Source of the DNA: an uncultured Bacteroidales bacterium
Lineage (GTDB): Bacteria; Bacteroidota; Bacteroidia; Bacteroidales; UBA7960
DNA length: 64,000 nt
Direction of reading: 5' to 3'
NCBI GenBank assembly: GCA_964348755.1
Contig: CAYGDW010000004.1
Span: 18,766-82,765 of the forward strand
The position numbers and the translations under genes are program-made. Below, one piece after another: positions 9,620-19,760 of the stretch; position 1 is the first letter of the stretch, and the number at the start of each line of letters is the position of its first letter. The notes under the pieces are model-generated. The model saw nothing but the letters and a program-made list of their open reading frames with translations. It ran no database searches and was not told where the DNA came from.

Positions 9620-11086
9620 TTAGTAACCTATGGGGCTTCCTACTCTTATCATAGCGCAACGAAAGCCAATGGTATTGGTACCTTCGTTTTGGTCGAGAAA
9701 CCTGCGGTTGCCCGGCACAATCCAATAAACCCTGTCTTTCCAGCTTCCTCCCTTGTACACGCGCGACTGGTCGTTTATCAGGCTCGAAACGCTATATTCG
9801 TACATCATTTTGTTGGGGTCAACACCATCTTCCTCTCCAAAGAAAAGGCTCGACCTAAGGTCACCATCGCGATAGCTAATGTTGTCGGCATAACGGTAAT
9901 TTCGGCGTGTAACATTTTCTTCAACGGTAACATCGCGCTTAATTAAGCGGCCAAACTCGTCTTTTGGCACAGGGTTTCCTTCGGCATCGAGTTCGAGTGT
10001 CTGAAACACATTTCCACGAAACGGGCGGAAATCAGACACGTCTTCGTGCGAGAGGGGGCGGTACACGTCCAAAACCCACTCGCTAACATTGCCGGCCATG
10101 TTATAGAGCCCGTAGTCGTTGGGCCAGTAAGCATAAACCGGAACCGTAGCTTCTCCGCCATCATTCAGGTTGCCTGCCACCCCCATGTAATCGCCACGAC
10201 CGCGCTGAATATTTGCAAGGAATACGCCCATTGTTTTTCTTTCGCTGCTTCGTACATTATGTCCGCTCCATGGGTATAGGCGTCTTTCTATTACTCTTTC
10301 GTAAACTGTGTTACCAATAAGGCCCAGCGCTGCAAATTCCCACTCGGCCTCGGTAGGCAAGCGGTACGAGGGAAGCAGTATGCCGTCGGTCCAGCGAACC
10401 TGGCGTTCCCCGGTGCCCCGTGGGTCAAGGTCGCGCATATTGCGTCGCACCAAACCTTCGTATTGGCCAGCAAGATAGGCTTCTGTATTAAAGTTGTTTT
10501 CATTTCGCTGATCAGGATTCCATTCAAGGATTCCTTCGCGAATTAGTATCATTTCATTTACCCGGTCAGTACGCCACGAGGCATATTCTGTGGCCTGCAC
10601 CCAGCTAACGCCAACCACCGGATAATCCTGGTAAGCCGGGTGGCGAAGATAATTCTGTACAAAAGGCTCGTTGTAGGCCAAAGGGTCGCGCCAAACAAGG
10701 GTGTCGGGCAGGGCCCTGCGGTACACTTCAGGGTAAGTTTCGCCCAATACACGATGAATCCAATAAAGATATTCAAGGTAATCAAGATTGCGAACCTCTG
10801 TTTCATCCATATAAAATGATGACACTGTAACACGGCGTGGAATATTATTCCAGTCGAACATAACATCCTGTTCAGTGCGGCCCATTACAAAGGTGCCTCC
10901 TTCAATAAAAACCAGGCCAGGGCCTGTTTCTTGTTGCTGTGTGGATGCGACTTCGAAACCGCCGGTTCGTGGATCATTGTGATTCCAGCCAGTAGTTGAC
11001 GAAGTTTGCTTCTTGCAGGAGAAAAGGAATGCAGCAACCAGTATGGCCACAGATACTGCAATCATTTTATTGGAATTCCTTAACAT
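9620..11086 (-). CDS. gldJ: gliding motility lipoprotein GldJ (FGE-sulfatase/SUMF1-like fold)
   Basis: 488 aa. The lipoprotein signal ends in LFSC. TGWNHNDPRTGGFEV...GLVFIEGGTFVMG plus FGE-like repeats are present. The murF neighbourhood matches known gldJ loci. Confidence 0.85.
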   Translation of the reverse strand: MLRNSNKMIAVSVAILVAAFLFSCKKQTSSTTGWNHNDPRTGGFEVASTQQQETGPGLVFIEGGTFVMGRTEQDVMFDWNNIPRRVTVSSFYMDETEVRNLDYLEYLYWIHRVLGETYPEVYRRALPDTLVWRDPLAYNEPFVQNYLRHPAYQDYPVVGVSWVQATEYASWRTDRVNEMILIREGILEWNPDQRNENNFNTEAYLAGQYEGLVRRNMRDLDPRGTGERQVRWTDGILLPSYRLPTEAEWEFAALGLIGNTVYERVIERRLYPWSGHNVRSSERKTMGVFLANIQRGRGDYMGVAGNLNDGGEATVPVYAYWPNDYGLYNMAGNVSEWVLDVYRPLSHEDVSDFRPFRGNVFQTLELDAEGNPVPKDEFGRLIKRDVTVEENVTRRNYRYADNISYRDGDLRSSLFFGEEDGVDPNKMMYEYSVSSLINDQSRVYKGGSWKDRVYWIVPGNRRFLDQNEGTNTIGFRCAMIRVGSPIGY

Positions 11087-11117
11087 AGTGGTTGTTTTTG
11101 AATGTGTACAAAATTAA

Positions 11118-12107
11118 CTAAAAACTTGGACAGTTTAGTATGCGATAACGTTGCTTTTTTGCATTGCAATGCAAATTCAGTAAAACACTTATTTCGTGGG
11201 TGCCATTAAAAATTCCTGAAAACCCCGACAGTGAATGATCGTAGCTGTAGGCTACCCGGTAATTACCCGGGTTGAGGCCTATCATAAAAATAAGGGTTTC
11301 TGGCAGATTTAAATCCTGCCTGAGCCACACTCCGGCAACAAATTGCGAAATGCCAGCATAAATTCCGTAATTTAAGCGGTGGTGGGCACCCTGGTTCTGA
11401 TATATTACGTTTGGAGAAAGAAAAAATTGTTCTGTTGGTGAAGTTGTTGAGCTTTTTTGAATTATTGGAATATGCATTCCGGCATGGGCTGTTATTTTTA
11501 GCGGAAGCGGCTGGTTGTGGCCAAAGAAGCTTTGATTGGGGCGGGTAAGGTGGTGAATGGCTGCCCCGCCATAAAAACGCTCATTAAATAGCAGGACACC
11601 AGCCCCAAAATCTGCGGCATGCCGCCAGGTTTTGTCTGGAGGGGGTTCGGTTTGTGGGTTGATTATCCCGGTGCCTGTATCGAACTGGTCGGCAAAAATC
11701 AGTCTGTCCCAGTTAAGGTCATTGCGAAGATAACCTGCCTGAACCCCAAAATTGAGATAAAAATCGCGGGTAAGCCGTAAATGCAGGCTGTAAATGGCGC
11801 TTATGTGGTTGCGCATTAAAAGGCCGCCTTGGTGGTCGCTGGTAAGCAACACCCCCAACCCGCCTCTGAGGGCATCAACAGCCCGATCGAAAGAAAAATT
11901 GTACGTTGAAAATGTGCCGAAATCGGGCCAAGGCTGGTTGCGGTAATTAAAAACGAGCCTCGGGCATTGGCCCGTGCCGGCAAATGCCGGATTTAAATAT
12001 ACCGGCGCCGAAAAAAATTGCGAAAAAATTGCGTCCTGTCCATGAGCAGGTAACGAATTTGCTGCAAGAAAAAATATGAGAATCAGGTCAATCGGGTTTT
12101 TTCTCAT
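11118..12107 (-). CDS. PorP/SprF-family type IX secretion system membrane protein
   Basis: 329 aa with a signal peptide, followed by QDAIFSQFFSAPVYLNPAFAG, the PorP/SprF family N-terminal motif. The remainder has beta-barrel-like composition. Confidence 0.8.
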   Translation of the reverse strand: MRKNPIDLILIFFLAANSLPAHGQDAIFSQFFSAPVYLNPAFAGTGQCPRLVFNYRNQPWPDFGTFSTYNFSFDRAVDALRGGLGVLLTSDHQGGLLMRNHISAIYSLHLRLTRDFYLNFGVQAGYLRNDLNWDRLIFADQFDTGTGIINPQTEPPPDKTWRHAADFGAGVLLFNERFYGGAAIHHLTRPNQSFFGHNQPLPLKITAHAGMHIPIIQKSSTTSPTEQFFLSPNVIYQNQGAHHRLNYGIYAGISQFVAGVWLRQDLNLPETLIFMIGLNPGNYRVAYSYDHSLSGFSGIFNGTHEISVLLNLHCNAKKQRYRILNCPSF

Positions 12108-12210
12108 TCATTAGCCGGCTTCTTCCTGTTTTCTTAAACGAAAAAAAAAGCCCGTTGTTTCGAAGGCTCAGTTTTTTATCGCTTCAACAGCTAATTTTAT
12201 ATTTTTTTTG

Positions 12211-12416
12211 CACTATTGTCCGATAAAGTAAAAAAGGGTAGAGTTTTATGCATGAGATTCCTCCCTACGTTCGGAATGACAGTCTGTTAGCTTTTTATTA
12301 AGGGGGGTAGGTGATAGCTTCGTCGCCACCTACCCCCCTTAATTGCCAAAATCATTGAAAGCCCTGTCATTACGAGCGGAGCGAGAAATCTCGTAATTTT
12401 TGTCGGCCAGTATTAA
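12211..12416 (+). mobile_element. MITE-like palindromic repeat element, copy 1 (206 bp)
   Basis: The termini CACTATTGTCCGATAAA... and ...TTTTGTCGGCCAGTATTAA form an imperfect TIR. Internal features are the GGAATGACAG and CTGTCATTACGAGCGG boxes and a central hairpin at 12302-12338. The element is flanked by the identical 8-mer TTTTTTTG at 12203-12210 and 12417-12424. Confidence 0.8.
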
Positions 12417-12600
12417 TTTTTTTGAGTAAATACCTTAAAAAGTGTGTCAGGATTGCGAATTTTGTGTGAAAATATTGAAAAGAAAAGGTCGTTATAAACA
12501 AGTAGCCAACCCATTTTGTTGTTAATGCAATTTGGTGGCAGGTTGCTGTTTTTCATGCAGGGTTTTGGGTGCATGGTTATTCCTGGAGAAATTTTATAGA

Positions 12601-15600
12601 ATGTTCAAAAATTTTCTGGTTATTTTTCTTTTGTTGCTGGCTGTGATATGTCATGGCCAGGGCATTACAAGTAAGCATAGTTTAAACTGGCATGCGCCAC
12701 AGCGTGTTATGCCCGAACCGGGTGTTTTTACTGATATTTTGTCGTTTTCAGGGGCTGTTTATGCCGATACACTGCCCAATATTCCCATGTTTTCAACAAC
12801 TTCGGCAAACCCCGCTCCTTTTTATACCACCAATTTTGCTATTGCCAATGCCGGGTTTGAACCGGCAAGTGCCGAAGAATCGCGCATTTTGCACCAAGCA
12901 GGTTTTGAGGCCAACGAAATAGTATTGTTTCAGACCCAACAAACCATCAGAAAAGAGTCGGGCTCGGTGGTTTCGTTTTTTCCTTTCAGAAAAAATCCTG
13001 AAAACGGGAAGTATGAAAAGTTGATTTCTTTCGAACTGACCAAAGAATTAACCTTGCACCCTGAATTCTCTTATAAGTCGTTGCACAATTACCCCGAAAA
13101 CTCAGTGCTTTCGACCGGTACCTGGTTTAAGTTTTGTGTAGATGAAACTGGAGTTTATCAGCTCACTCATTCTGATTTGGCTGCCTTGGGTTTAAACATG
13201 GCTGGTTTGCAAAAAGCCAATATCAGAATTTTTGGCAATGGCGGTGGCATACTTCCTGAAGCCAATAGTAACACGCGCATTACCGACCTCAGAGAAAATG
13301 CAATTTTTATTTCGGGTACCCCTTCAGGTTTATTTGGGCAAAGCGATTTTATTTTATTTTACGGGCAGTCGCCCAACCAGTGGATTTTTGATCCAACAAA
13401 CAAAGTGTTTAATCATCAGGTGCATAATTATACCACCGAAAATTGTTACTTCCTCACTCCTGACAATGGCCCCGGTAAGCGCATAGGATCCCGGGCTGGT
13501 GTTTCGCAAAATCCAACCCATAACGTTACATCTTTTCAGGATTATGCCTATCATCAGCTCGACCAGGTAAACCTGATAGGGAGTGGAAGAACCTGGTTTG
13601 GCGAAGTGTTTGATGCCACGCTAAACAGGGAGTTTAGCTTCGACTTTCCCGACCTGCTCCTAACCGAGCCAGCCCGGATCAAAACTTTTGTAGCCGCACG
13701 CTCAACCGTCAACAGCAGCTTTACGGTTGAGGCAGGTGCCGGGAAAATTACCCAGCAAATTAGCCGTATATTCCCAGCAAACTTTACCGGGGCATTTGCC
13801 AATTTGGCCATCGACTCCTTGTGGTTTACACCAACTCAGGCTGGTCAGATCAGGGTAAATATTACCTATAATCGCCCATTGGCCGGATCGCGCGGTTGGT
13901 TAAATTACATTGCCCTGAATGTAACCCGCCAGCTCAGGTTCAACGCTCCGCAACTTGCCTTCAGAAATGTGCACCTGCCAGGGCCCGAAAATATTGTGCA
14001 ATACAACCTGGCTAATGCCAACAACCAAATAACAGTATGGGATGTAACCGACCGATTTAATGTAACCCAGCAACAGACCTCATTGAGCGGAAACACACTG
14101 CAGTTCAGACTCCAGGGAGGCGGTTTGCCCGAATTTGTGGCATTTGATGGCTCCTCATTTAAAAAAGTAAAGAACAGGGGTCGTATCGAAAACCAAAACC
14201 TGCATGGCATGCAATCTTCCGACATGATTATTGTTGTGCCCGAGGCATTCAGGGCAGAAGCCCGCAGGCTTGCCGATTTTCGTACGCTGCACAATGGCAT
14301 TAGTGTGGCAGTGGTAACTACCAATCAGGTATTTAACGAATTTTCGTCGGGCTCGGCCGACATTGCTGCCATTCGCAATTTCATGAAAATGCTTTATGAC
14401 CGGGCCCAAACCCAGACTCAAATGCCTCGTTATCTGTTGCTCTTCGGAAACGGAACTATCGATAACCGCAACCTTCTTGGATTTGGAGGAAACCATATAC
14501 CAACCTGGCAAAGTATCAATTCGCACCAGTTAGACCGGTCTTACATGACCGACGATTTCTTTGGCCTGCTCGACGATTCGGAAGGCAATAATGCCGACGG
14601 AAGCCTTGATATTGGAATAGGTCGGCTGCCAATCCGCACACTTGATGAGGCCCGGGTAGTGGTAGATAAAATAATAAGGTACAACCAGCGTGTTCCTGCT
14701 TTAAACCCCCTCACAAACGATTTACAGCAAAGCGGCATTATTTCCAACTACGCCGATTGGCGCAACCGGGTTGTTTTAATTGCCGACGACCAGGACTTTA
14801 ACCGCCATTTTATCGATTCGGAAGCCATTGCCAGCATCATGCAAACCAATTTTCCACTTTTTAATGTAGATAAAATTTATTTTGATGCTTACCCGCAGGT
14901 TACCCTTGCTGGGGGTGCACGTATTCCTGATGTGAACAAGGCCATTAATGAGGCCGTAAACCAGGGTGCCCTGCTTATAAACTACATTGGCCATGGAGGT
15001 GCTCTTGGCCTTGGCCACGAAAGGGTGTTAACTTTTGAGGATATTGCTACCTGGAATAATTATTATAACCTCCCTGTGTTCATGACTGCCACCTGCGAGT
15101 TTTCGAGCTTTGACCATCCCAACCCATCAGATGTTACTGCAGGGGTACGTATTTTTATGAAGCCCGACGGGGGAGCCTCAGCCCTTTTTACCACTACAAG
15201 GCTTGCCTGGTCGGGCCCTAACCTTACCCTTAACCGGAACTTTATAGAGGTTGCTTTTGACAAAAACCAACAGGGGCGATATCAAAACCTGGGTGACTTG
15301 ATACGGCTTTCAAAGGTAAAAAGCAGCGGAAGCCTCGAAAGCTGGCGAATTCGCAATTTTGTGCTACTGGGCGACCCTTCAATGCAAATGGCTTACCCCC
15401 AATACCAGGTTATTACCAGCCAAATGCCCGATACCCTGAGGGCATTCCAAAAGGTAACCGTAAGCGGGTTTGTAGCCGATGAAACTGGGAACCCTCTTAC
15501 AAATTACAATGGCATTGTATCGCCCACCGTTTTTGATAAAGAAAGAACTTTTAGAACTCTTGGACAAGACAGCGACAGCTTTGAAGCAAATTTTACAATA

Positions 15601-16455
15601 AGAAACTCCTTGCTTTATAAAGGAAATACAAGTGTTACAAATGGAGAGTTCAGTTTTACGTTTGTTGTGCCCCAGGGGATTGCATACAACTTTGGCAAAG
15701 GCAAAATAGGATACTACCTCGATAATGGGGTAAACGATGGCAACGGATACTTTTCTGACTTTGTGATTGGGGGCACAATGCCTGGTTTTGAACCCGACAA
15801 CCAAGGCCCTCAAATCTGGCTGTTTATGAACGACACAACATTTGTTTCGGGCGGAACCACTAACCAAAATCCAATATTGCTTGCGCTGCTTCGCGACGAA
15901 AATGGAATAAACCTCACAGGTAGAATTGGACACGATATTGTGGCGATACTTAATGAAAATACGGGCAGCCCGATTGTTTTGAACAATTACTACCAGGCCG
16001 ATCTGGATAACTTTATGAGCGGAAGGGTTGCCTATCCTTTTTCCCGTTTGCCCGATGGCAGACACAAACTGTCAGTTAGAGCCTGGGATACACACAATAA
16101 CCCCGCATCAGCCACCATTGAATTTATAGTAAGTTCTACAGCCACGCTTGCACTCGATAACTTAATGAATTATCCAAACCCGTTCTCGCAGCAAACCTTC
16201 TTTAAGTTTACCCATAACCAGCCTTTTTCCGACCTTAACGTTAGGATTGAAATTTATGACCTTAGCGGAAAACTCTTGCAAAACATTGAAACCATAGTAA
16301 ATTCGCCCGGCTACCAATCGGCGCCCATTCAATGGGATGGCCGCGACTTCAGTGGAAGAGCAATTGCAAACGGTATTTACCTTTACAGATTGGTGCTGAG
16401 AACCCCCGATGGAAATGTATCTGCCAGCACCCAAAGACTTGTAATTCTGCGCTAA
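12601..16455 (+). CDS. porU: type IX secretion system sortase PorU (peptidase C25 family) with C-terminal T9SS sorting domain
   Basis: The track ORF begins at 12532. The ATG at 12601 gives the signal peptide MFKNFLVIFLLLLAVICHGQ. The protein is large and C25-like, and it ends in a Por_Secre_tail-like CTD (NYPNPFSQQTFFKF...NGIYLYRLVLRT). porV lies immediately downstream. Confidence 0.8.
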   Translation: MFKNFLVIFLLLLAVICHGQGITSKHSLNWHAPQRVMPEPGVFTDILSFSGAVYADTLPNIPMFSTTSANPAPFYTTNFAIANAGFEPASAEESRILHQAGFEANEIVLFQTQQTIRKESGSVVSFFPFRKNPENGKYEKLISFELTKELTLHPEFSYKSLHNYPENSVLSTGTWFKFCVDETGVYQLTHSDLAALGLNMAGLQKANIRIFGNGGGILPEANSNTRITDLRENAIFISGTPSGLFGQSDFILFYGQSPNQWIFDPTNKVFNHQVHNYTTENCYFLTPDNGPGKRIGSRAGVSQNPTHNVTSFQDYAYHQLDQVNLIGSGRTWFGEVFDATLNREFSFDFPDLLLTEPARIKTFVAARSTVNSSFTVEAGAGKITQQISRIFPANFTGAFANLAIDSLWFTPTQAGQIRVNITYNRPLAGSRGWLNYIALNVTRQLRFNAPQLAFRNVHLPGPENIVQYNLANANNQITVWDVTDRFNVTQQQTSLSGNTLQFRLQGGGLPEFVAFDGSSFKKVKNRGRIENQNLHGMQSSDMIIVVPEAFRAEARRLADFRTLHNGISVAVVTTNQVFNEFSSGSADIAAIRNFMKMLYDRAQTQTQMPRYLLLFGNGTIDNRNLLGFGGNHIPTWQSINSHQLDRSYMTDDFFGLLDDSEGNNADGSLDIGIGRLPIRTLDEARVVVDKIIRYNQRVPALNPLTNDLQQSGIISNYADWRNRVVLIADDQDFNRHFIDSEAIASIMQTNFPLFNVDKIYFDAYPQVTLAGGARIPDVNKAINEAVNQGALLINYIGHGGALGLGHERVLTFEDIATWNNYYNLPVFMTATCEFSSFDHPNPSDVTAGVRIFMKPDGGASALFTTTRLAWSGPNLTLNRNFIEVAFDKNQQGRYQNLGDLIRLSKVKSSGSLESWRIRNFVLLGDPSMQMAYPQYQVITSQMPDTLRAFQKVTVSGFVADETGNPLTNYNGIVSPTVFDKERTFRTLGQDSDSFEANFTIRNSLLYKGNTSVTNGEFSFTFVVPQGIAYNFGKGKIGYYLDNGVNDGNGYFSDFVIGGTMPGFEPDNQGPQIWLFMNDTTFVSGGTTNQNPILLALLRDENGINLTGRIGHDIVAILNENTGSPIVLNNYYQADLDNFMSGRVAYPFSRLPDGRHKLSVRAWDTHNNPASATIEFIVSSTATLALDNLMNYPNPFSQQTFFKFTHNQPFSDLNVRIEIYDLSGKLLQNIETIVNSPGYQSAPIQWDGRDFSGRAIANGIYLYRLVLRTPDGNVSASTQRLVILR

Positions 16456-16682
16456 AAAAAGGTGTTTGCCCATTATAACAATAAGGCCCAACTCACGTTT
16501 CATAAAATATCAGAGGTTTTAATTCGTTATATTTGCACTCTGAAAAAACGCACACAGTTTTACGTTTTTGTGTTTTGTATTTATGCAACCCAATTGAACA
16601 TATTAAAGACCTTCTAATATACCCGTTTAAAGCATTTCGAATTAACTTTTTGGTCGAAAATTTAAAAGTAAAAAACATTCAC

Positions 16683-17900
16683 ATGAGGTTTAAAATTTGT
16701 AGTTTTCTGGTTTTTATGCTATTGGTACTTTCTTCGTTTGGGCTCTTTGCGCAGAACTATACCGACCTGCTGGGGCAAAGACTGAATACAATAACCACAG
16801 CCGTACCATTTTTAATGATTGCTCCCGATTCGCGCGCCGGAGCCCTTGGCGATGCGGGGGTGTCGTCATCGCCCGATGCCAACTCAATGCACTGGAACCC
16901 TGCTAAATATGCCTTTATCGACAAAAATATGGGCGTTACAATGAACTATACCCCATGGCTCAGAGCCCTGGTACCCGATATTAACCTCTCATATCTGAGC
17001 GCATTCAGAAGAATTGACGATTTGCAAACCATAGCCTTTTCACTCACCTATTTCTCATTGGGCGAGATAAACTTTACTGATGAGGCAGGCGAATTTCTTT
17101 TCCCGGTTAAACCTAATGAGTTTGCAGTAAATATAGCCTATGCCCGCAAACTTGGAGAGAACTTTTCGGGGGCCGTGGCGGTAAGATATATCTATAGCAA
17201 CCTAACACAGGGGCAATTTGTTGGCAGTATCGAAACCAAGCCCGGTACGGCCCTTGCAGCCGATGTGTCGGCATTTTATACCCGCGAACTAAATTGGGAT
17301 AGAACACCTGCCATTTTTTCTGCCGGAATCAATATTTCTAATATTGGCAACAAAATATCATATTCCGACGAAATCAATTCAAACTTTATTCCTATAAATT
17401 TAAGGCTTGGGCCTTCGCTAACTTTTAATCTCGACGAGTACAACCAGGTATCATTTATGGTTGACCTGAATAAACTCCTTGTGCCAACACCGCCGGTATA
17501 TCAACGCGATCAAAGCGGCAGGCTTGTGATTGGCTCCGATGGCGAGTATGTAATTGAAGCAGGCCGCAATCCTAACAGATCTGTTGTGTCGGGCATGTTT
17601 GGCTCGTTTACCGATGCACCGGGGGGCTTCAAAGAAGAGTTGAACGAGATAACCTATTCGGTTGGGGCTGAATATTGGTACGATAGGCAGTTTGCCATCA
17701 GAGCAGGATACTTTCATGAACACAAAACCAAGGGCGACCGCAAATACGCTTCTCTTGGCATAGGTCTGAAATACAATGTCTTTGGCCTCGATTTTGCTTA
17801 TCTGGTACCCCTTGCCCAGCGAAGTCCTCTCGAAAACGTGCTCCGGTTTACACTGCATTTCGATTTTGATGCCATTGGAAACCAGAATATGATCAGGTAA
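16683..17900 (+). CDS. porV: type IX secretion system outer-membrane shuttle protein PorV (LptO)
   Basis: The in-frame ATG at 16683 gives the signal peptide MRFKICSFLVFMLLVLSSFGLFAQ. TAVPFLMIAPDSRAGALGDAGVSSSPDANSMHWNPAKYAF is the PorV N-terminal signature. Confidence 0.85.
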   Translation: MRFKICSFLVFMLLVLSSFGLFAQNYTDLLGQRLNTITTAVPFLMIAPDSRAGALGDAGVSSSPDANSMHWNPAKYAFIDKNMGVTMNYTPWLRALVPDINLSYLSAFRRIDDLQTIAFSLTYFSLGEINFTDEAGEFLFPVKPNEFAVNIAYARKLGENFSGAVAVRYIYSNLTQGQFVGSIETKPGTALAADVSAFYTRELNWDRTPAIFSAGINISNIGNKISYSDEINSNFIPINLRLGPSLTFNLDEYNQVSFMVDLNKLLVPTPPVYQRDQSGRLVIGSDGEYVIEAGRNPNRSVVSGMFGSFTDAPGGFKEELNEITYSVGAEYWYDRQFAIRAGYFHEHKTKGDRKYASLGIGLKYNVFGLDFAYLVPLAQRSPLENVLRFTLHFDFDAIGNQNMIR

Positions 17901-17973
17901 ATTTTATAATTCACCTTAGCAGGCCCAGGTTATTTTTTTTTCTAAAATATCCCGGGCCAAATTATTAAACACA

Positions 17974-18450
17974 ATGAATATCAGAATAGGATTTGGTTAC
18001 GATATACACCGCCTTGAAATAGGTTTTCCGTTGGTGATTGGCGGAATATTTATTGAACATGAAAAAGGGGCAGTGGGCCATTCTGATGCAGATGTGCTGA
18101 TACACGCAATTATGGATGCATTGCTGGGCGCCGCCGGCCTGCGCGATATCGGTGTTTATTTTCCTGATTCAGACCCGGGTCTTAAAAATATTGACAGCAA
18201 AATACTGCTTTCCAAAACCATGGAGCTTGTTAAAAGTCAGGGTTTTATAATTGGTAATATTGACGCTACCATTTGTCTTGAAAAACCAAAAATAGCAGCA
18301 TATATTCCTGAGATGAAAATGGTTCTTGCAGCAATTATGGAGATTTCGGCTGGCCAGGTTTCGGTAAAGGCAACAACCAGCGAAGGACTTGGATTTGTTG
18401 GAAGCGAGCAAGGCATTTCGGCCTATGCGGTAGCCCTTTTGAGCAAATAA
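17974..18450 (+). CDS. ispF: 2-C-methyl-D-erythritol 2,4-cyclodiphosphate synthase
   Basis: 158 aa. IGFGYDIHRL...GHSDADVLIHAIMDALLGAAGLRDIG is the IspF signature. Confidence 0.95.
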   Translation: MNIRIGFGYDIHRLEIGFPLVIGGIFIEHEKGAVGHSDADVLIHAIMDALLGAAGLRDIGVYFPDSDPGLKNIDSKILLSKTMELVKSQGFIIGNIDATICLEKPKIAAYIPEMKMVLAAIMEISAGQVSVKATTSEGLGFVGSEQGISAYAVALLSK

Positions 18451-18454
18451 TCTG

Positions 18455-19180
18455 TTACCTTCTTAACTGGAATTTTTCGCCCAGATAAACTTTTCTCACT
18501 TCCTCGTCCTGGGCCAGCTCTTCGGCCGTACCCGCCTTAAGAATTGAACCTTCGAAAAGCAAATATGCCCTGTCTGTTATTGAAAGAGTTTCGTGTACAT
18601 TGTGATCGGTGATCAAAACCCCAATATTTTTGTCCTTTAGCTTCGAAACAATATTCTGAATGTCTTCTACTGCTATGGGGTCAACCCCTGCAAAGGGCTC
18701 ATCAAGCAAAATAAATTTTGGATCAACCGCCAATGAACGGGCAATTTCGGTGCGGCGGCGCTCGCCTCCCGACAAAGTTATTCCTTTACTTTTTCTAATA
18801 TTCTGAAGCCCAAACTCCTCGAGCAAACTCTCGAGCCGCACCTTTTGATCGGCTTTCGGCATTTTTGTAAACTCAAGCACTGCCTTAATGTTGTCTTCAA
18901 CACTCAAATTGCGAAAAACACTGGCCTCTTGTGCCAGGTAGCCTATGCCTTTTTGCGCCCTTCTGTACATAGGTTCAGCTGTAATGTCTTCCTTGTCAAG
19001 AAAAATGCGCCCTTCATTGGGCTTTATCAGGCCTACAATCATGTAAAATGTTGTAGTTTTTCCGGCACCATTGGGGCCAAGCAAACCTACAATCTCACCA
19101 CGGGTTACTTCAACCGATACATGGTTTACAACTACCCTTTTTTTGTATTTCTTAACCAGATTGTCAGTATGAAGCCTCAT
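18455..19180 (-). CDS. lptB: LPS export ABC transporter ATP-binding protein
   Basis: 241 aa. Walker A is [11 protein letters not shown], the ABC signature is LSGGERRR, and Walker B is ILLDEP. Size and N-terminus are typical of LptB. Confidence 0.8.
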   Translation of the reverse strand: MRLHTDNLVKKYKKRVVVNHVSVEVTRGEIVGLLGPNGAGKTTTFYMIVGLIKPNEGRIFLDKEDITAEPMYRRAQKGIGYLAQEASVFRNLSVEDNIKAVLEFTKMPKADQKVRLESLLEEFGLQNIRKSKGITLSGGERRRTEIARSLAVDPKFILLDEPFAGVDPIAVEDIQNIVSKLKDKNIGVLITDHNVHETLSITDRAYLLFEGSILKAGTAEELAQDEEVRKVYLGEKFQLRR

Positions 19181-19242
19181 TGATGTTTAATGAAAATTGA
19201 AAATTGAAAAATAACAAAATCGCTTGTGGTATTTTAAAGAAA

Positions 19243-19590
19243 TTATTTTTGGCCTTCCAGGGCTTCCCAAAATTCAACGGCCCGCCTCAGGTGCGGAATA
19301 ACAATAGTACCGCCTATAATATTGGCAATAGCAAAAACCTCAAATACTTCCACTTTGTTCACTCCAAGTTCGTGGCACTTGCCCAAATGATACTTAACGC
19401 AATCATCGCAACGCAATACCATAGAAGCTGCCAAACCAATCAATTCCTTTGTTTTTGCAGGCAGAGCCCCTTCGGAATACGTGTTTGTGTCGAGATTAAA
19501 AAGCCTTTTTAGCACAATATTGTCGGCTGCCAATATGCGCTCGTTCATTCGTTGGCGGTATTTATTAAAATCGTTGATCAGGTCAGCCAT
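19243..19590 (-). CDS. carboxymuconolactone decarboxylase family (AhpD-like) protein
   Basis: 115 aa. LPAKTKELIGLAASMVLRCDDCVKYH matches the CMD/AhpD-like CxxC helix pattern. Confidence 0.7.
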   Translation of the reverse strand: MADLINDFNKYRQRMNERILAADNIVLKRLFNLDTNTYSEGALPAKTKELIGLAASMVLRCDDCVKYHLGKCHELGVNKVEVFEVFAIANIIGGTIVIPHLRRAVEFWEALEGQK

Positions 19591-19760
19591 TGGGTAGAAA
19601 ATAATATTTGCACCAAAGTTTTATTCATGCTAAATTTACATTGCAAACCTACTGGAATTTTTGCAAATACATCAGGAAAAAATTTGCACAAATTGGGTTG
19701 AGTATTCCCTTTTGCTTTAACTTAGATAATAAATAATCCATTACGGTTCTATTTGGTATA

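Noticed and set aside
19181-19242. Short tandem TGAAAAT/TGAAAAT/TGAAAAA run between the lptB start and the upstream gene
   Set aside because: It is only three imperfect 7-mers in an AT-rich spacer and has no partner elsewhere in the window. This is most likely simple low-complexity sequence.
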